NCBI GenBank assembly: GCA_032161105.1
Contig: JAVHTD010000004.1
Strand: one strand, 5' to 3'
DNA: 64,000 nucleotides
Source: Candidatus Thermosaccharophagus tengchongensis
GTDB lineage: Bacteria > Armatimonadota > Fervidibacteria > Fervidibacterales > Thermosaccharophagaceae
Of the stretch, positions 40,498 through 51,274 are shown piece by piece (within the stretch, counting starts at the first letter, position 1; each line of letters begins with the position of its first letter). The translations under genes were made by a program, and so were the position numbers. The notes under the pieces were generated by a model. That model searched no databases. It saw only the letters and a list, made by a program, of their open reading frames with translations, and had not been told where the DNA came from.

Positions 40498-41847
40498 TTA
40501 GCTGACTTTGCGCAAGCGCGCTATGAACACACCGTCGGTATCATGCCTGTGTGGGAATAAACGCACATAGCCTTCCGGTGTCCTGCACCCCTCAATTCTC
40601 GCTGGCAAGTATGAGCTTGCATCCTCAACCCGAAACTCATTGTGCGCACTCAGAAAGGCATTTACGACATCCTCATTCTCCTCACGCTCAAGGCTGCATG
40701 TGCTGTAAACGATGACTCCGCCGGGTTTAATGACGCGCGATGCGGCTTCAAGCAAGCGCGCTTGCAAAGCTGCAAGCTCAGCAATGCTGCGTGTGCTCTT
40801 CTTCCAACGCACATCCGGCTTACGCCTGAGCGTTCCGGTGCCGGAACACGGCACATCAAGCAGGCACCTATCGGCAATACCTTCATACTGCTTTGCCAAC
40901 TCGGTGAAATCCCCCACCACAAATTCAATTGAATGCAGCTTCTCCCTGATTGCAGCTTCCTTAACCAGCTGCATCCTGCCTTCATGCGCATCCACAGCTA
41001 TGACGCGCGCTGCGTCATTTGTCATCTCGGCTATGTGTGTCGTTTTACCGCCGGGCGCGGCACAAGCATCAATGATCACTTCGCCTGGCTTCGGCTCAAG
41101 GATGTAAGTGACAAGCATTGCCGCTTCATCCTGAGCGGAAAAGAGCCCCTCCTTATAGCCCGGCAGTTTGGAGATGTCCGTTGTAGTATCAATGCGCAAT
41201 CCGCACGGAGCATACTTCGCCCGCTCAACACTGCGACAGCGCAATTCAAGCATCCTCGCAACTGACTCAACATCAGTCCAACGCATGTTGACCCGTATGC
41301 AAAGCGGCGGCGGAAGGTTGTCAGCCTCGCACAGGGCGAGTGTCTCTTCAAAGCCGAATTGCTTTATCCACTTCTCAACGAGCCAGTGCGGATGGGAGGT
41401 CTTAATGGCGATATGTGCAATTGGATCCTCCTTTGGGGACGGCAACTGTATGTGTTGCCATTCCTCGCTCAGCCTCCTCAGAACAGCGTTCACTAAGCCA
41501 GCTACGCCAACATGCTGATACTTCTTTGTGAGCTCAACATATTGGCTCACGACAGCATACGGCGGATGCGACAGCACGGCAAGCTCATAAGCGCCCATTC
41601 GCAGGCAGTTGCGCACAAATGGCGTCAAACGGTGGAAGCGCTCGCCACAAAAATGCTTGATAAGGTAGTCAAGGTAAAGAAGCATCTTAGCTACACCCAT
41701 AGCAAGTTGCGTTGCAAAGGCGCGCTCCACGGCTTTCATCCTTCTGTCGGACATCAGTTCACGGAGCGACAAGTTAATGAACGCATCTTTCTTATCCATC
41801 TCAACCAGAGCGAGTAACGCTATTTCCCTCGCCTGCGATATCTTCAC
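40498..41847 (-). CDS. rsmB: 16S rRNA m5C967 methyltransferase RsmB
   Basis: NusB-like N-terminus, DACAAPGGKT, DVPCSGTG, YSTCS; start moved to a GTG behind GGAGG. Confidence 0.95.
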   Translation of the reverse strand: MKISQAREIALLALVEMDKKDAFINLSLRELMSDRRMKAVERAFATQLAMGVAKMLLYLDYLIKHFCGERFHRLTPFVRNCLRMGAYELAVLSHPPYAVVSQYVELTKKYQHVGVAGLVNAVLRRLSEEWQHIQLPSPKEDPIAHIAIKTSHPHWLVEKWIKQFGFEETLALCEADNLPPPLCIRVNMRWTDVESVARMLELRCRSVERAKYAPCGLRIDTTTDISKLPGYKEGLFSAQDEAAMLVTYILEPKPGEVIIDACAAPGGKTTHIAEMTNDAARVIAVDAHEGRMQLVKEAAIREKLHSIEFVVGDFTELAKQYEGIADRCLLDVPCSGTGTLRRKPDVRWKKSTRSIAELAALQARLLEAASRVIKPGGVIVYSTCSLEREENEDVVNAFLSAHNEFRVEDASSYLPARIEGCRTPEGYVRLFPHRHDTDGVFIARLRKVS

Positions 41848-41988
41848 GGAAAACCGCCCTCCAAAGAATACGCGGTGCAAAATTGACGGCGGGCTGCCAC
41901 CATGTCGGATAGGCACACAGCCCGCCGGTTAAGAGAGCTGATCCAGCTGCAATCTGGGTGTTACTGTATGGGTGGTTAACTTGGCAAC

Positions 41989-43458
41989 TTAACTCAACAC
42001 TACGGGCTCAATGCCCAGATACTCACACGCCGATACAAGCTCACCAACCCAATCTCCAACGGCTGCATGGATGTGGTTGCACGAGAACTCCCTTGCAACG
42101 ACCTCCATCGGGCAATCAAACCTCGCAAACGCATGTGGCCATTCAAATGTTGTCTGGCGAGCAAGATCCTCATCCTGCTCCGGTGAGAAGCGGACAAATT
42201 TGCCCGTGAGGATATGCATGCGCATTTTGCCCGCCCTGCGTGTTATGCGTGCGAATGTGACTCGCTCAGCCGGCTCGGCGAAAAACTTAACGGATGCTCC
42301 ACCACATGGGAAATACATCGCCGGTGCCGGATACAGCTCAACCTCTTTCCAATTCTCACGCCAATCGTCGCTTCGCTTCGCAAACCACGGCGCGTGCTCG
42401 CCGGAGTTGCACAGGTCATAGATGTCAAGGTCTTCATGGTAATGGCGCAAGTCCGCAAAGAGCACCGGAGTGCCAGTGAGGAAGTGAAGGAGCTGCATCG
42501 TCAAAGCGCCATTTGAGTCGCACTCGGTTGCGCAAATTATTATCCGCTTATGCTCCTCCTCCCAATCGGTGAAATCGTTGAGGAGCGCCTCTGGCAAGTC
42601 CATTGTGCACCCCTCTTCCCACTCCGTGAAGTCAAGCTGTCCGGTCAACCCGCAAAAGTCAATTCCCTCCTCATAGCAATAGTCCTTGATGGCGAGGTAT
42701 AACCTGACCTGCCTTGCGAGGGTTCCGTTCATTCCCGGCGTGAGTGTTTTCCCGTCGTAATGTATCGCCTTGCAGTTCTCCTCGAGCCACTTCAATCCGG
42801 CTTCAACCCGCTCATCAGCGACCTTTTTCATCCTGTAAGCGAGTGTCAATTGACTACAGTGGTGCACATGAATCCCGAGTTCCCTCATCCACTGACTCTG
42901 GTCAATGTGACCGGTATACATGCCCATTGAGGGGCCGTCAAACTCACCATACCTTAAGCCGCATAACTTCTTTGCGGCATCAACACCTCGCTTCCTCCTG
43001 TTCGGCTCGCAGCGCTCAAGGAAGCTGCGGATCGCCTCTTGCACTCGTCTATCGGTGATGTCACCGAGAGCTCTCCCATACAAGCGCCCAATCTCATCAA
43101 GTGCTCCGGCTGAGGCGAAAAACGCAACCCAACCCGGATATGCCGGATTGATGTTGCCGAGCAACAAAATTGGCACGCCATCAAGCTGCTGTGCCGTTTG
43201 AACCGTGAAGTCGGGGAACGACCAAACGCAGAAGTTGAAAATTACGGCATCACAGCCGGCATCTTTGAGCCGCATCCCCTCACCCCTCGCCGTCGCATAA
43301 TTCCAGATGATCTCCTCAGCCTCCACGACATCGTGCCCTTCATCACGCAGCCAATTGGCAATGCGCCTCTGGAAGTGAAAACAATCCTCACGAAGCAAGT
43401 CTGCAACTCTCTTCCTCCCATCAGTGAATGTGCACACGCCCACCTTCATCTCCATCAC
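41989..43458 (-). CDS. L-fucose/D-arabinose isomerase family protein
   Basis: SMGMYTG, ATECDSNGALTM, LFADLR, LCNSG, NHIH. Confidence 0.88.
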   Translation of the reverse strand: MMEMKVGVCTFTDGRKRVADLLREDCFHFQRRIANWLRDEGHDVVEAEEIIWNYATARGEGMRLKDAGCDAVIFNFCVWSFPDFTVQTAQQLDGVPILLLGNINPAYPGWVAFFASAGALDEIGRLYGRALGDITDRRVQEAIRSFLERCEPNRRKRGVDAAKKLCGLRYGEFDGPSMGMYTGHIDQSQWMRELGIHVHHCSQLTLAYRMKKVADERVEAGLKWLEENCKAIHYDGKTLTPGMNGTLARQVRLYLAIKDYCYEEGIDFCGLTGQLDFTEWEEGCTMDLPEALLNDFTDWEEEHKRIIICATECDSNGALTMQLLHFLTGTPVLFADLRHYHEDLDIYDLCNSGEHAPWFAKRSDDWRENWKEVELYPAPAMYFPCGGASVKFFAEPAERVTFARITRRAGKMRMHILTGKFVRFSPEQDEDLARQTTFEWPHAFARFDCPMEVVAREFSCNHIHAAVGDWVGELVSACEYLGIEPVVLS

Positions 43459-43609
43459 CCTCCTTGTGGAAGTAGTTGGTCAAATGCAAAATGGGATTTT
43501 TAGCGCGCCGTTTGGCGTGCCGAAAACACCATTTGCAACTCATTCGCCATCGCAAAATCACACCCACCAGTGGGAAGGCTTGGATGCTTAATCAGTTGAG
43601 CATCAATGC

Positions 43610-45241
43610 TCAAAAGCGCGCCATCCGTTCACGCCTCTTCAGGTGCTGCTGATACATCTCAAGGTATAGCTCAAACTTCACCCGATGATACTCAAATGTA
43701 GCTGCGTTGGGTTCAATTACCTCGCCGCTATGGCACATGCCCTTCATCGCCTCAGGTATACTTGAGTATGCCCCGGCTGCCACAGCCGCAAGAATTGCAG
43801 AGCCAAGCACAACTGCCTCCTGCTCCCTCGGCAAGTAAATCTTGCACTCGGTTATGTCGGCATGCTCCCTGAGCCATAATGGGTTTTTCGTCCCGCCACC
43901 ACACGCGTATATTCGCTCAATGCGATAGCCATGCCTGTTTAATGTCTCAATGATGTTGCGCGTGCCATATGCAATAGCCTGAATTGTCGCATAGTAGCGC
44001 TTTGCGAGTGACTCAATGGATGTGTCCAGCGTTAGACCATCAATAACGCCTTTGGCGTGAGGGTCAGCATACGGTGAACGATTCCCATGATGGAAGTCAA
44101 GGATGTGTATGTCCTTCGTCAGGCGCTCATACAAGCCGGTGCGCTGGCGCAATTCTTCAACGACCTCGTTTAGGACCTCATAAACAGTCCTCCCAGTTTG
44201 CTCTGCCATCTCCCTGACCTTGGCGGCTTGAGCGCTATCGCTTATCGTGTAGTCAATGAGCGATCCTGTGGCGCTTTGTCCGCCCTCCGTTAGCCACATC
44301 CCCGGGATCATCGCGCCAAAGTAGGGTCCCCAAACGCCGTCAATGAACTTCGGTTCGCGAGACACAGCCATGTGGCATGATGAAGTCCCACCAATGAGCG
44401 CTATCGCTGTCTCAAGCAATTCAACCGGTGTCCCATCAGTCTCCTCCCACACCGCCCCAAGAACACCAATTCCACCGGCATGAGCATCAATTATTCCGAC
44501 ACCGACAACTGTCCGTTCGCTCAACCCGAGTTCTTCAGCAGCTTGCCTCGTTAAGTTGCCAGCAGGCACACCCATCGGTTGGACATTCTCCGAAACCTTA
44601 TTACCCTCAAACAAATCGCCAAGCCCAATGCGCTCATAGAAATCGTAATCCCAGCGCGCCTCGTGCCCCATATAAAGCCATTTGCAGACAACCGTGCACA
44701 GGCTTCGGACATCACTTCCGGTTGACCTGTAGACCATGAAGTCGGCGAGGTCAAAGAACTTCCCAGCGCTGCGCCAAGTCTCTGGGAGATGCTCTTTCAG
44801 CCACTTCAGCTTTGGCGGCTGCATCTCAGGCGATATTACGCCGCCCACATACCTGAGCGCACTATGCCCGGTGGAATTTATCTCGTCGGCATACCGAATG
44901 GCTCTGTGATCCATCCAGACGATGACATTCCACTTCTTATCACCGGTGGGTGAGACTGTTATTGGTCTTCCAGCCTTATCAAGGGCTACAAGTGAGCAGG
45001 TGGCATCGTAACTTATGCCGATGACTTCCTCACGCCTCACACCAGCATCAGCAACGCATCTACGGACCGCCTTGCAAGTTGCCTCCCATATGTTGTCTGA
45101 TGACTGCTCAACGAAGTTTTCCATCGGATGCGAAATCTCAATCGGCTCAACGGCGCACGAGAGCATTCTCCCATCAAGGGTGAAAATTCCGGAGCGCACG
45201 CTCAATGTCCCAACATCAACCCCAACTACATACTCCCCCAT
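43610..45241 (-). CDS. FGGY-family pentulose kinase (D-ribulokinase-like)
   Basis: GVDVGTLSVR, DATCSLV, VWMDHRA, SPEMQPPK, IDAHAGG, EGGQSATG, HGNRSP. Confidence 0.92.
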   Translation of the reverse strand: MGEYVVGVDVGTLSVRSGIFTLDGRMLSCAVEPIEISHPMENFVEQSSDNIWEATCKAVRRCVADAGVRREEVIGISYDATCSLVALDKAGRPITVSPTGDKKWNVIVWMDHRAIRYADEINSTGHSALRYVGGVISPEMQPPKLKWLKEHLPETWRSAGKFFDLADFMVYRSTGSDVRSLCTVVCKWLYMGHEARWDYDFYERIGLGDLFEGNKVSENVQPMGVPAGNLTRQAAEELGLSERTVVGVGIIDAHAGGIGVLGAVWEETDGTPVELLETAIALIGGTSSCHMAVSREPKFIDGVWGPYFGAMIPGMWLTEGGQSATGSLIDYTISDSAQAAKVREMAEQTGRTVYEVLNEVVEELRQRTGLYERLTKDIHILDFHHGNRSPYADPHAKGVIDGLTLDTSIESLAKRYYATIQAIAYGTRNIIETLNRHGYRIERIYACGGGTKNPLWLREHADITECKIYLPREQEAVVLGSAILAAVAAGAYSSIPEAMKGMCHSGEVIEPNAATFEYHRVKFELYLEMYQQHLKRRERMARF

Positions 45242-45247
45242 GCTTCT

Positions 45248-46522
45248 TCACCCCCGCCTTAGGAGGCTGCCAAGCACAGCCCTGATGCGAGCCGTTTGAA
45301 AAAACTTTAGCAGCGCGGCAAGGCATATTGCGATGAGCACGGCAATGGAGAGGCGTCCAACGGCTCGCCCCAAAAGGGAAGATGTTGAAAGCGCAACATC
45401 GCATCCGGAAATAAGCTCAATCAAATGCCTTGATGCCCTCGGAGAGGTAACTTCAATGTAGCCAACAACATCTCCCTTCCTTATCGGCAGTTCAAATGGC
45501 TTTTGATGGATGCGCCAGCTGACCTTGTTGATTTCATCCCTGCGCACAACCGCATAAAAACTGCGCCTTGGAAGGGCTGGAATGCAAGATGGCACACCGC
45601 CATGGATGGCGAAGTAGGCTATAACTTGACCGGTAACAGCTATCGGCAAGCAGACGAAAGCTGAAAACCCAAAGTCAAGGAGCGCCGCTGCATCCTTAAA
45701 AGCGTCCTCACTCTTGAGCACGATCGCCATAAGCTGCCAACCGTTCCTTGTGGCAGTTGCAATGAGACATCTTCCAGCCGGAATGGTGTAACCCGTCTTG
45801 ACCCCATCAGCGCCTTCGTATTCCCAGAGCAACCTATTTCGGTTTCTGAAGACCCTCGCCGGAGATTTGTTAGTCGGTGGCATTTCAAAGGTGATGGTTG
45901 AAACTGCCCTCCGTATCTCCCCGTAGCTGAGTGCAGCCATCGCTATGCGCAACAAGTCAAGAGCGGTTGTGTAGTGGTCTTTGTGGTGCAACCCGTGTGG
46001 ATTGCAAAAGTGAGTATCTTGTGCACCGAGTTCAAGGGCACGCTCATTCATCATCTTGACGAAGGAGTCAACTGAGCCAGCTATGTGTATCGCCGCAGCA
46101 ACACACGCGTCATTTGCCGACCTGACAAGCACAAGATAAAGCAATTGGCGCAGCGTCACCAATTCGCCCTCTTTCAGGTTCGCTGACGATTCCCCGATAA
46201 GTGTTGCCTCCTTGGGAACTGAAACGACCTCATCCAAGTTGCCGCGCTCAACAATGAGCAGAGCCGTCATGAGCTTAGTCAGGCTTGCCGGGTAACTGCG
46301 TTTTGTTGGGTTAAGTTCGTATAGCACAGTCCCGGTTCGGACATCCACGAGCAGCGCTGATATTGCCGTCAGCCTTGGCGGCTCAAAAGGATTTCTTCTT
46401 CCGTCCTCACTCACATTGCCACGCTCATGCTCAGCGCTGTTAGCGCCGCATATTGCGATGGAGAGGGCGGCGAGGATTGCAAATGCACATCTGCACCGAT
46501 TACACCAATGCACCACTTCCAC
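45248..46522 (-). CDS. D-alanyl-D-alanine carboxypeptidase (S11)
   Basis: ASLTK (SxxK), SAND (SxN), KTG; N-terminal signal and C-terminal anchor. Confidence 0.93.
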   Translation of the reverse strand: MEVVHWCNRCRCAFAILAALSIAICGANSAEHERGNVSEDGRRNPFEPPRLTAISALLVDVRTGTVLYELNPTKRSYPASLTKLMTALLIVERGNLDEVVSVPKEATLIGESSANLKEGELVTLRQLLYLVLVRSANDACVAAAIHIAGSVDSFVKMMNERALELGAQDTHFCNPHGLHHKDHYTTALDLLRIAMAALSYGEIRRAVSTITFEMPPTNKSPARVFRNRNRLLWEYEGADGVKTGYTIPAGRCLIATATRNGWQLMAIVLKSEDAFKDAAALLDFGFSAFVCLPIAVTGQVIAYFAIHGGVPSCIPALPRRSFYAVVRRDEINKVSWRIHQKPFELPIRKGDVVGYIEVTSPRASRHLIELISGCDVALSTSSLLGRAVGRLSIAVLIAICLAALLKFFQTARIRAVLGSLLRRG

Positions 46523-46527
46523 CCCCC

Positions 46528-47484
46528 CTACGCCGCAGCCTTAAGCCAAAACCAAGCGAGCGCTGCAGCGCCAACTTGCCCCGCGCTATCCCCAAGTGAG
46601 CTTTGAAGTATCGGTGCCGGCGAGAGAGCCCTTAAAGCGACCTCCTCTCTCATCGGTGAGAGTATGAGTTCGCCAGCTTGAGCTACTCCGCCGCCAACGA
46701 CAATGCAATCCGGATTGAGGACATTCATCAGCGACGAGATGGCTATCCCGATGTATCTCCCAGCCTCCCCAAGCAATCGCCTGCACAATGCGTCGCCTTC
46801 CGAAGCTGCCTTAGCAACAAGCTCACATGTGACTTTGCCGTCGCCGACGATTGATTGCAGTGTCGTCCTCACACCCTTAGCCATATACTCTTCGGCGCGC
46901 CTTGCTATAGCTGGTCCCGATGCGAGCGCTTCCAAACAGCCATAATTTCCACAGGCACACCTTGGACCATCAGGGACAACAGTTATATGACCAACCTCAC
47001 CAGCTGTGAAATTAGAGCCGTGATATAGCCTTCCGCCGATGACTATCCCACCACCTATTCCAGTGCCGATGGCAATGAAGATGACATTCCGCATTCCAAC
47101 TGCGGCGCCAAACATGCATTCGCCAAGTGCCATGACATTCACATCGTTATCAGCAAACGCCCTTATGCTAAAGCGTTCCTCAATGAACTGCTTCAATGAA
47201 AAGCCACTCCACTGCGGTAAATTCACAGCTGCCTGAACGATGACACCGCTTTCTGGGTCTATTATCCCCGGACTGCCAATGCCAACTGCAAGCACTTTCT
47301 CGCTGATGGAGCGCGCTTTCTCCACAAGCTCGCCGACCGCAGCGCCAATTTGCTCAAGCACAAACTCTCGCCCAAGTTCCGGATGAGTTTGGCGGCGCAC
47401 GGATGATATAACGCAGCCACGCTCATCAACCAATGCGGCGGCTATCTTAGTCCCGCCTATATCAAGCCCGATCACGACGCTCAT
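46528..47484 (-). CDS. ROK family sugar kinase (glucokinase-like)
   Basis: DIGGTK, DNDVN, GTGIGGG, GEVGH, CACGNYGCLE. Confidence 0.93.
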   Translation of the reverse strand: MSVVIGLDIGGTKIAAALVDERGCVISSVRRQTHPELGREFVLEQIGAAVGELVEKARSISEKVLAVGIGSPGIIDPESGVIVQAAVNLPQWSGFSLKQFIEERFSIRAFADNDVNVMALGECMFGAAVGMRNVIFIAIGTGIGGGIVIGGRLYHGSNFTAGEVGHITVVPDGPRCACGNYGCLEALASGPAIARRAEEYMAKGVRTTLQSIVGDGKVTCELVAKAASEGDALCRRLLGEAGRYIGIAISSLMNVLNPDCIVVGGGVAQAGELILSPMREEVALRALSPAPILQSSLGDSAGQVGAAALAWFWLKAAA

Positions 47485-47762
47485 GGGTGTTTTCCTCCCG
47501 CGCGAAGTTGGAAGCACGATCAAAGCACAAGTGTAGCATTGTGTGCTTGTTTCTGTCCGCAAGCACATGCTCAACATGGTTTATTGAGCAACCCATCACA
47601 GATGCATTTTACGGTTACCTGTGCGAGTGCTTGTGCGGCACCATTTGATAAGGGGCTGGCAAGTCATTGACGATTGCCACGACATTATGCCCAGTTGACG
47701 CCCGCAAGATTTGAGCGACGCCAACGAAGCGTTTCAGATAGCAAAAGCAGGGTGAGCGAAAA

Positions 47763-49529
47763 ATGAGCAGAGAGGACACGCGCAATGGGGGACAAACGGA
47801 GAACGGGAAGGACTTTGACTACACAGAAACCGCAGTGGGCACAATTGCGAGCATCTCGTCATTTCACAGCGTCAGCCGCGTCTTGAGCGCCTTCCCAAAC
47901 ATTGACGAATTGATGAGGGTAGCCCTTGAGGAGGCGCTGAGGATCTCACGCGGGAAGCGCGGCTTCATCGCCTTGGTTAACTACCACACAGGTGAACTCA
48001 CAATCGGTTGGACAGCCGGCTGCGGATGGACTCCGGAGAAACGCTCAACAAAGTTCAAGCTCACACGAGAACCGGGCAAGGGAATTGAGGGTTATGTTGC
48101 GCTTACTGGTGTGCCTTACTTATGTGGCAACTTGGAGAGCGACCAATATCACTACTCGCTGTTTGACGACTCGCTCAGCCGAATAGTTGTCCCATTGAAG
48201 GGGCGCGGTGGCAAAGTCATTGGCACATTGAGCATAAGCAGCGACCACTACAACGCCTTTGATGAAAATGACCTGAGAATAATACAGGCACTCGCCGATG
48301 TCGTTGCATTGGCAATGTCAACTGCCGATTACTATGCAAGGGAGCAGAAGCTCATAGAGTTGGGCAGGTTGCTTGCCTCGCAGACCAACATTGATGCTCT
48401 ACTTGACGAAGTTGTCGGTGCCGCTATTGAGATACTGCAAGCGGACGATTGTTCCCTTTTCCTGATTGAGGAAGACTCAAAGCTCGTGCTCAGGGCATCT
48501 AAAGGAGCATTGAAGGAGCAGGTGGGTAAAGCCATCTACAGGATTGGTGAGGGGTTGACCGGTTGGGTGGCACTGCATGGCGAACCAATACGGTTATCGG
48601 ACGTGCGTTCTGACCCAAGATGGAAGGGACGATACACCGAATTGCCAGCCGAGGAGATAGGGGCTTTTCTGGCTGTGCCGGTCATGGGACAGCGAAGCTG
48701 TAAGGGTGTGCTGCGCGTAATAAGGAAGCGCCCACAGGATGCATCATATTCAAACCCGTTCACTTCGGATGACCAAAACCTGCTTTACATGCTCGCAAGC
48801 CAAGTTGGTGCCGCGCTTGACAGGGTAGAATTGCAAGAGCGTCTAATTGAAGCCGAGAGAATGGCTGCCTTCGGGGAGATGGCTGCGAGGGCTGCGCACA
48901 TGCTCGGAAACAAAATCTTCTCACTTAAGGGCGCATTGAAGGAACTCAGAACGCCACAAGCCGCTTTGGGTGAGGAAAGGGAAAGGCTTTATGCGGCTGT
49001 GGACAGCACGATCAAAGAGATGGAGGAGCTCCTTCAGGAGTTCCGATATTTCGTCAAGTCCGCGAGGATTGAAAGGAACCCAATTGAGCTTGTTTCGTTG
49101 CTCAGAGAGTTTGTCGGGCACATCTCCCATTCAGTTAGCGATGTGAATGTGCACTTTGAAACCCACTTGGATGAAGCGTGGATTGAGGGCGATGCCGAGA
49201 GGCTGAAGAGGTGCATTGGCGAGTTGATTGAGAACGCCACATACTTTGTGCCGCGTGGCGGTGTTGTTACCGTCAGCATTGAATCATCGCCGCACGGAAG
49301 TGTCGTGATCACCGTCTCAGATACCGGAAGGGGCATACCAGACGAAAGTAAGGAGAAAATTTTTGAGCCGTTCTACAGCACGAGGGCGCAGGGGCTCGGG
49401 CTCGGCTTGGCAATAGTGAAAAGCATCGTGCAAGCGCATGGTGGAACAATTGAAGAGAGCGGTCGCTATGGCGAGGGCGCAAAGTTTGTCATAACGCTCC
49501 CGGCTGCAAAGCCACCGCACCAGAGATAA
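47763..49529 (+). CDS. Cytoplasmic histidine kinase with two GAF domains
   Basis: Two GAF-like repeats, H-box AAHMLGN, ELIENA, DTGRGI, FEPFYST, GLGLGL. Confidence 0.93.
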   Translation: MSREDTRNGGQTENGKDFDYTETAVGTIASISSFHSVSRVLSAFPNIDELMRVALEEALRISRGKRGFIALVNYHTGELTIGWTAGCGWTPEKRSTKFKLTREPGKGIEGYVALTGVPYLCGNLESDQYHYSLFDDSLSRIVVPLKGRGGKVIGTLSISSDHYNAFDENDLRIIQALADVVALAMSTADYYAREQKLIELGRLLASQTNIDALLDEVVGAAIEILQADDCSLFLIEEDSKLVLRASKGALKEQVGKAIYRIGEGLTGWVALHGEPIRLSDVRSDPRWKGRYTELPAEEIGAFLAVPVMGQRSCKGVLRVIRKRPQDASYSNPFTSDDQNLLYMLASQVGAALDRVELQERLIEAERMAAFGEMAARAAHMLGNKIFSLKGALKELRTPQAALGEERERLYAAVDSTIKEMEELLQEFRYFVKSARIERNPIELVSLLREFVGHISHSVSDVNVHFETHLDEAWIEGDAERLKRCIGELIENATYFVPRGGVVTVSIESSPHGSVVITVSDTGRGIPDESKEKIFEPFYSTRAQGLGLGLAIVKSIVQAHGGTIEESGRYGEGAKFVITLPAAKPPHQR

Positions 49530-49562
49530 GAGTTAGAGATGCATGGTGAGGTGGGATGATGA

Positions 49563-50042
49563 ATGGCTCGCATACTCGTTGTGGATGACGAGGAACTGGC
49601 GAGGGAACTGATCAAGCGCAGGCTTGAGCGTGATGGGCATAAGGTTGACACAGCAGCCGATGAAGCCTCTGCAATACGAATGATCTCGGAGGCGGAGCCA
49701 TCATACGATGTCGTCATCACGGACATGGTTATGGACACCGATCAAAGCGGGCTTAATGTGCTCAAGGCTGCACTCCTCAGGGACATCTTTACCGAGGTGA
49801 TCGTTCTAACGGCATATGGGAATGTGGCGAACGCCGTTGAATGCATGAAGCGAGGCGCCTACGACTATGTTGAAAAGAACATACCCGGTGTGGATGTGTA
49901 TGATCTGCTCGCAATGAAAGTTGAGAGGGCGCTTGAGGAGCGCCGTGATACGCTAATGACGGTGCACCGATTGAGGCTCGCCGAGCAGCTCATCTCCGCC
50001 GGTGAGACCAAATCCAGCCGGACAACTCAGGATGACACATAG
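49563..50042 (+). CDS. Response regulator (receiver plus short helix)
   Basis: LVVDDE, TDMVM, LTAYG, YVEK. Confidence 0.92.
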   Translation: MARILVVDDEELARELIKRRLERDGHKVDTAADEASAIRMISEAEPSYDVVITDMVMDTDQSGLNVLKAALLRDIFTEVIVLTAYGNVANAVECMKRGAYDYVEKNIPGVDVYDLLAMKVERALEERRDTLMTVHRLRLAEQLISAGETKSSRTTQDDT

Positions 50043-50055
50043 GCATTCTAACGGC

Positions 50056-51231
50056 TCAATCAACCAAAACCAATGGTGGCAGTTCTTCCCTATCCTGCAG
50101 CATCTCCTCAAATGTGACCCTCCTACCCTCATCAAGTGACTTGCGGATCATCAGCCCAACATATGATGCGGCTATGCCGTTCTCAATCCCTGCATAGACC
50201 ATCTTTGGATCTCGTGCCCTAACGGCATCAAAGAAATTCTGCATGTGCTCCCTCGTATCCCCACCGGGACCCTCACCGCGAATTGGCTGCTGCTGTCCAC
50301 GAAGCTGCATTGTGCAATCAAGAATGTCGGCACCGCCCTTCGTCCCAATGATCCTGCAACTCATCCCGGTATACCCGGGCGGGCTAATCCAGCCGTGCGT
50401 GTAATGCACGATAAAGCCATTTGGATACTCAAGCACCGCTGTGTAGTAGTCAGTGATGTTGCGCTCCTTGTTTTCCGGCTCAACCACATTCCTTCTTCCC
50501 CTTGCATACGCTGCTATTGGATGCGCCTGCGTCACCCACCAAAGCAAATTGAATTCATGCACAGCTTGCTCAAGCATCCAATCGCCAGATAACTCACGCC
50601 TGTTGAACCACCTCCCCAAGCTCCCCCAACCGTTGTATCTGTGGAATCGCCCTTCAATCAGTTCGCCGATCATCCCATCTCGTATCTTGCGGACGATGTC
50701 AGCGCGGCTCATACTCGCCGCCCATTGGAAGCCAATTTGGACAACCACATCCGGGTTGCGCTTGCGAGCCTCTTGGATCATTTCAATCTCACGGACGGTT
50801 ATGGCTATCGGCTTTTCGCCATAGAAGTGCTTCTTTGCATTCAGGCAATCAACATACATGCGCCCATGCCAATTGCACGGCGTCGCTATGACGAGACAAT
50901 CAATGTCGTCGCGCTCAAGCAGCTTGCGGTATGCAAACGGATCTCTATCCTCACCGTAGCCCTGAGGCGGCTTTCCGGTTCGCTTTTCAACGAGCGATAT
51001 GGCATTGCTCAGCCTTGCGGGATTGGTGTCGCAAATTGCCACTATCTCAACGCCGGGCAACCCGAGCGCAGTCTGCAATAACCCACCACCTCTCCCACCA
51101 ACCCCTATGAAGCCAACACGCAATGGCTTTTGCTGCGCCTCTTGAGCCTCAAGATGAGTCACACCAACCGCAAGCATGCCAGCACCAACTGCACCAACCT
51201 CCATGAACTTGCGCCTCGTCATACCGCCCAT
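50056..51231 (-). CDS. Tat-exported Gfo/Idh/MocA oxidoreductase
   Basis: TRRKFM twin-arginine signal, GFIGVGGRG, EKP. Confidence 0.9.
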   Translation of the reverse strand: MGGMTRRKFMEVGAVGAGMLAVGVTHLEAQEAQQKPLRVGFIGVGGRGGGLLQTALGLPGVEIVAICDTNPARLSNAISLVEKRTGKPPQGYGEDRDPFAYRKLLERDDIDCLVIATPCNWHGRMYVDCLNAKKHFYGEKPIAITVREIEMIQEARKRNPDVVVQIGFQWAASMSRADIVRKIRDGMIGELIEGRFHRYNGWGSLGRWFNRRELSGDWMLEQAVHEFNLLWWVTQAHPIAAYARGRRNVVEPENKERNITDYYTAVLEYPNGFIVHYTHGWISPPGYTGMSCRIIGTKGGADILDCTMQLRGQQQPIRGEGPGGDTREHMQNFFDAVRARDPKMVYAGIENGIAASYVGLMIRKSLDEGRRVTFEEMLQDREELPPLVLVD

Positions 51232-51274
51232 AGTGCTCACCTCCTCGTAGCGTGCGCCGCAGGAACATAAAGTT

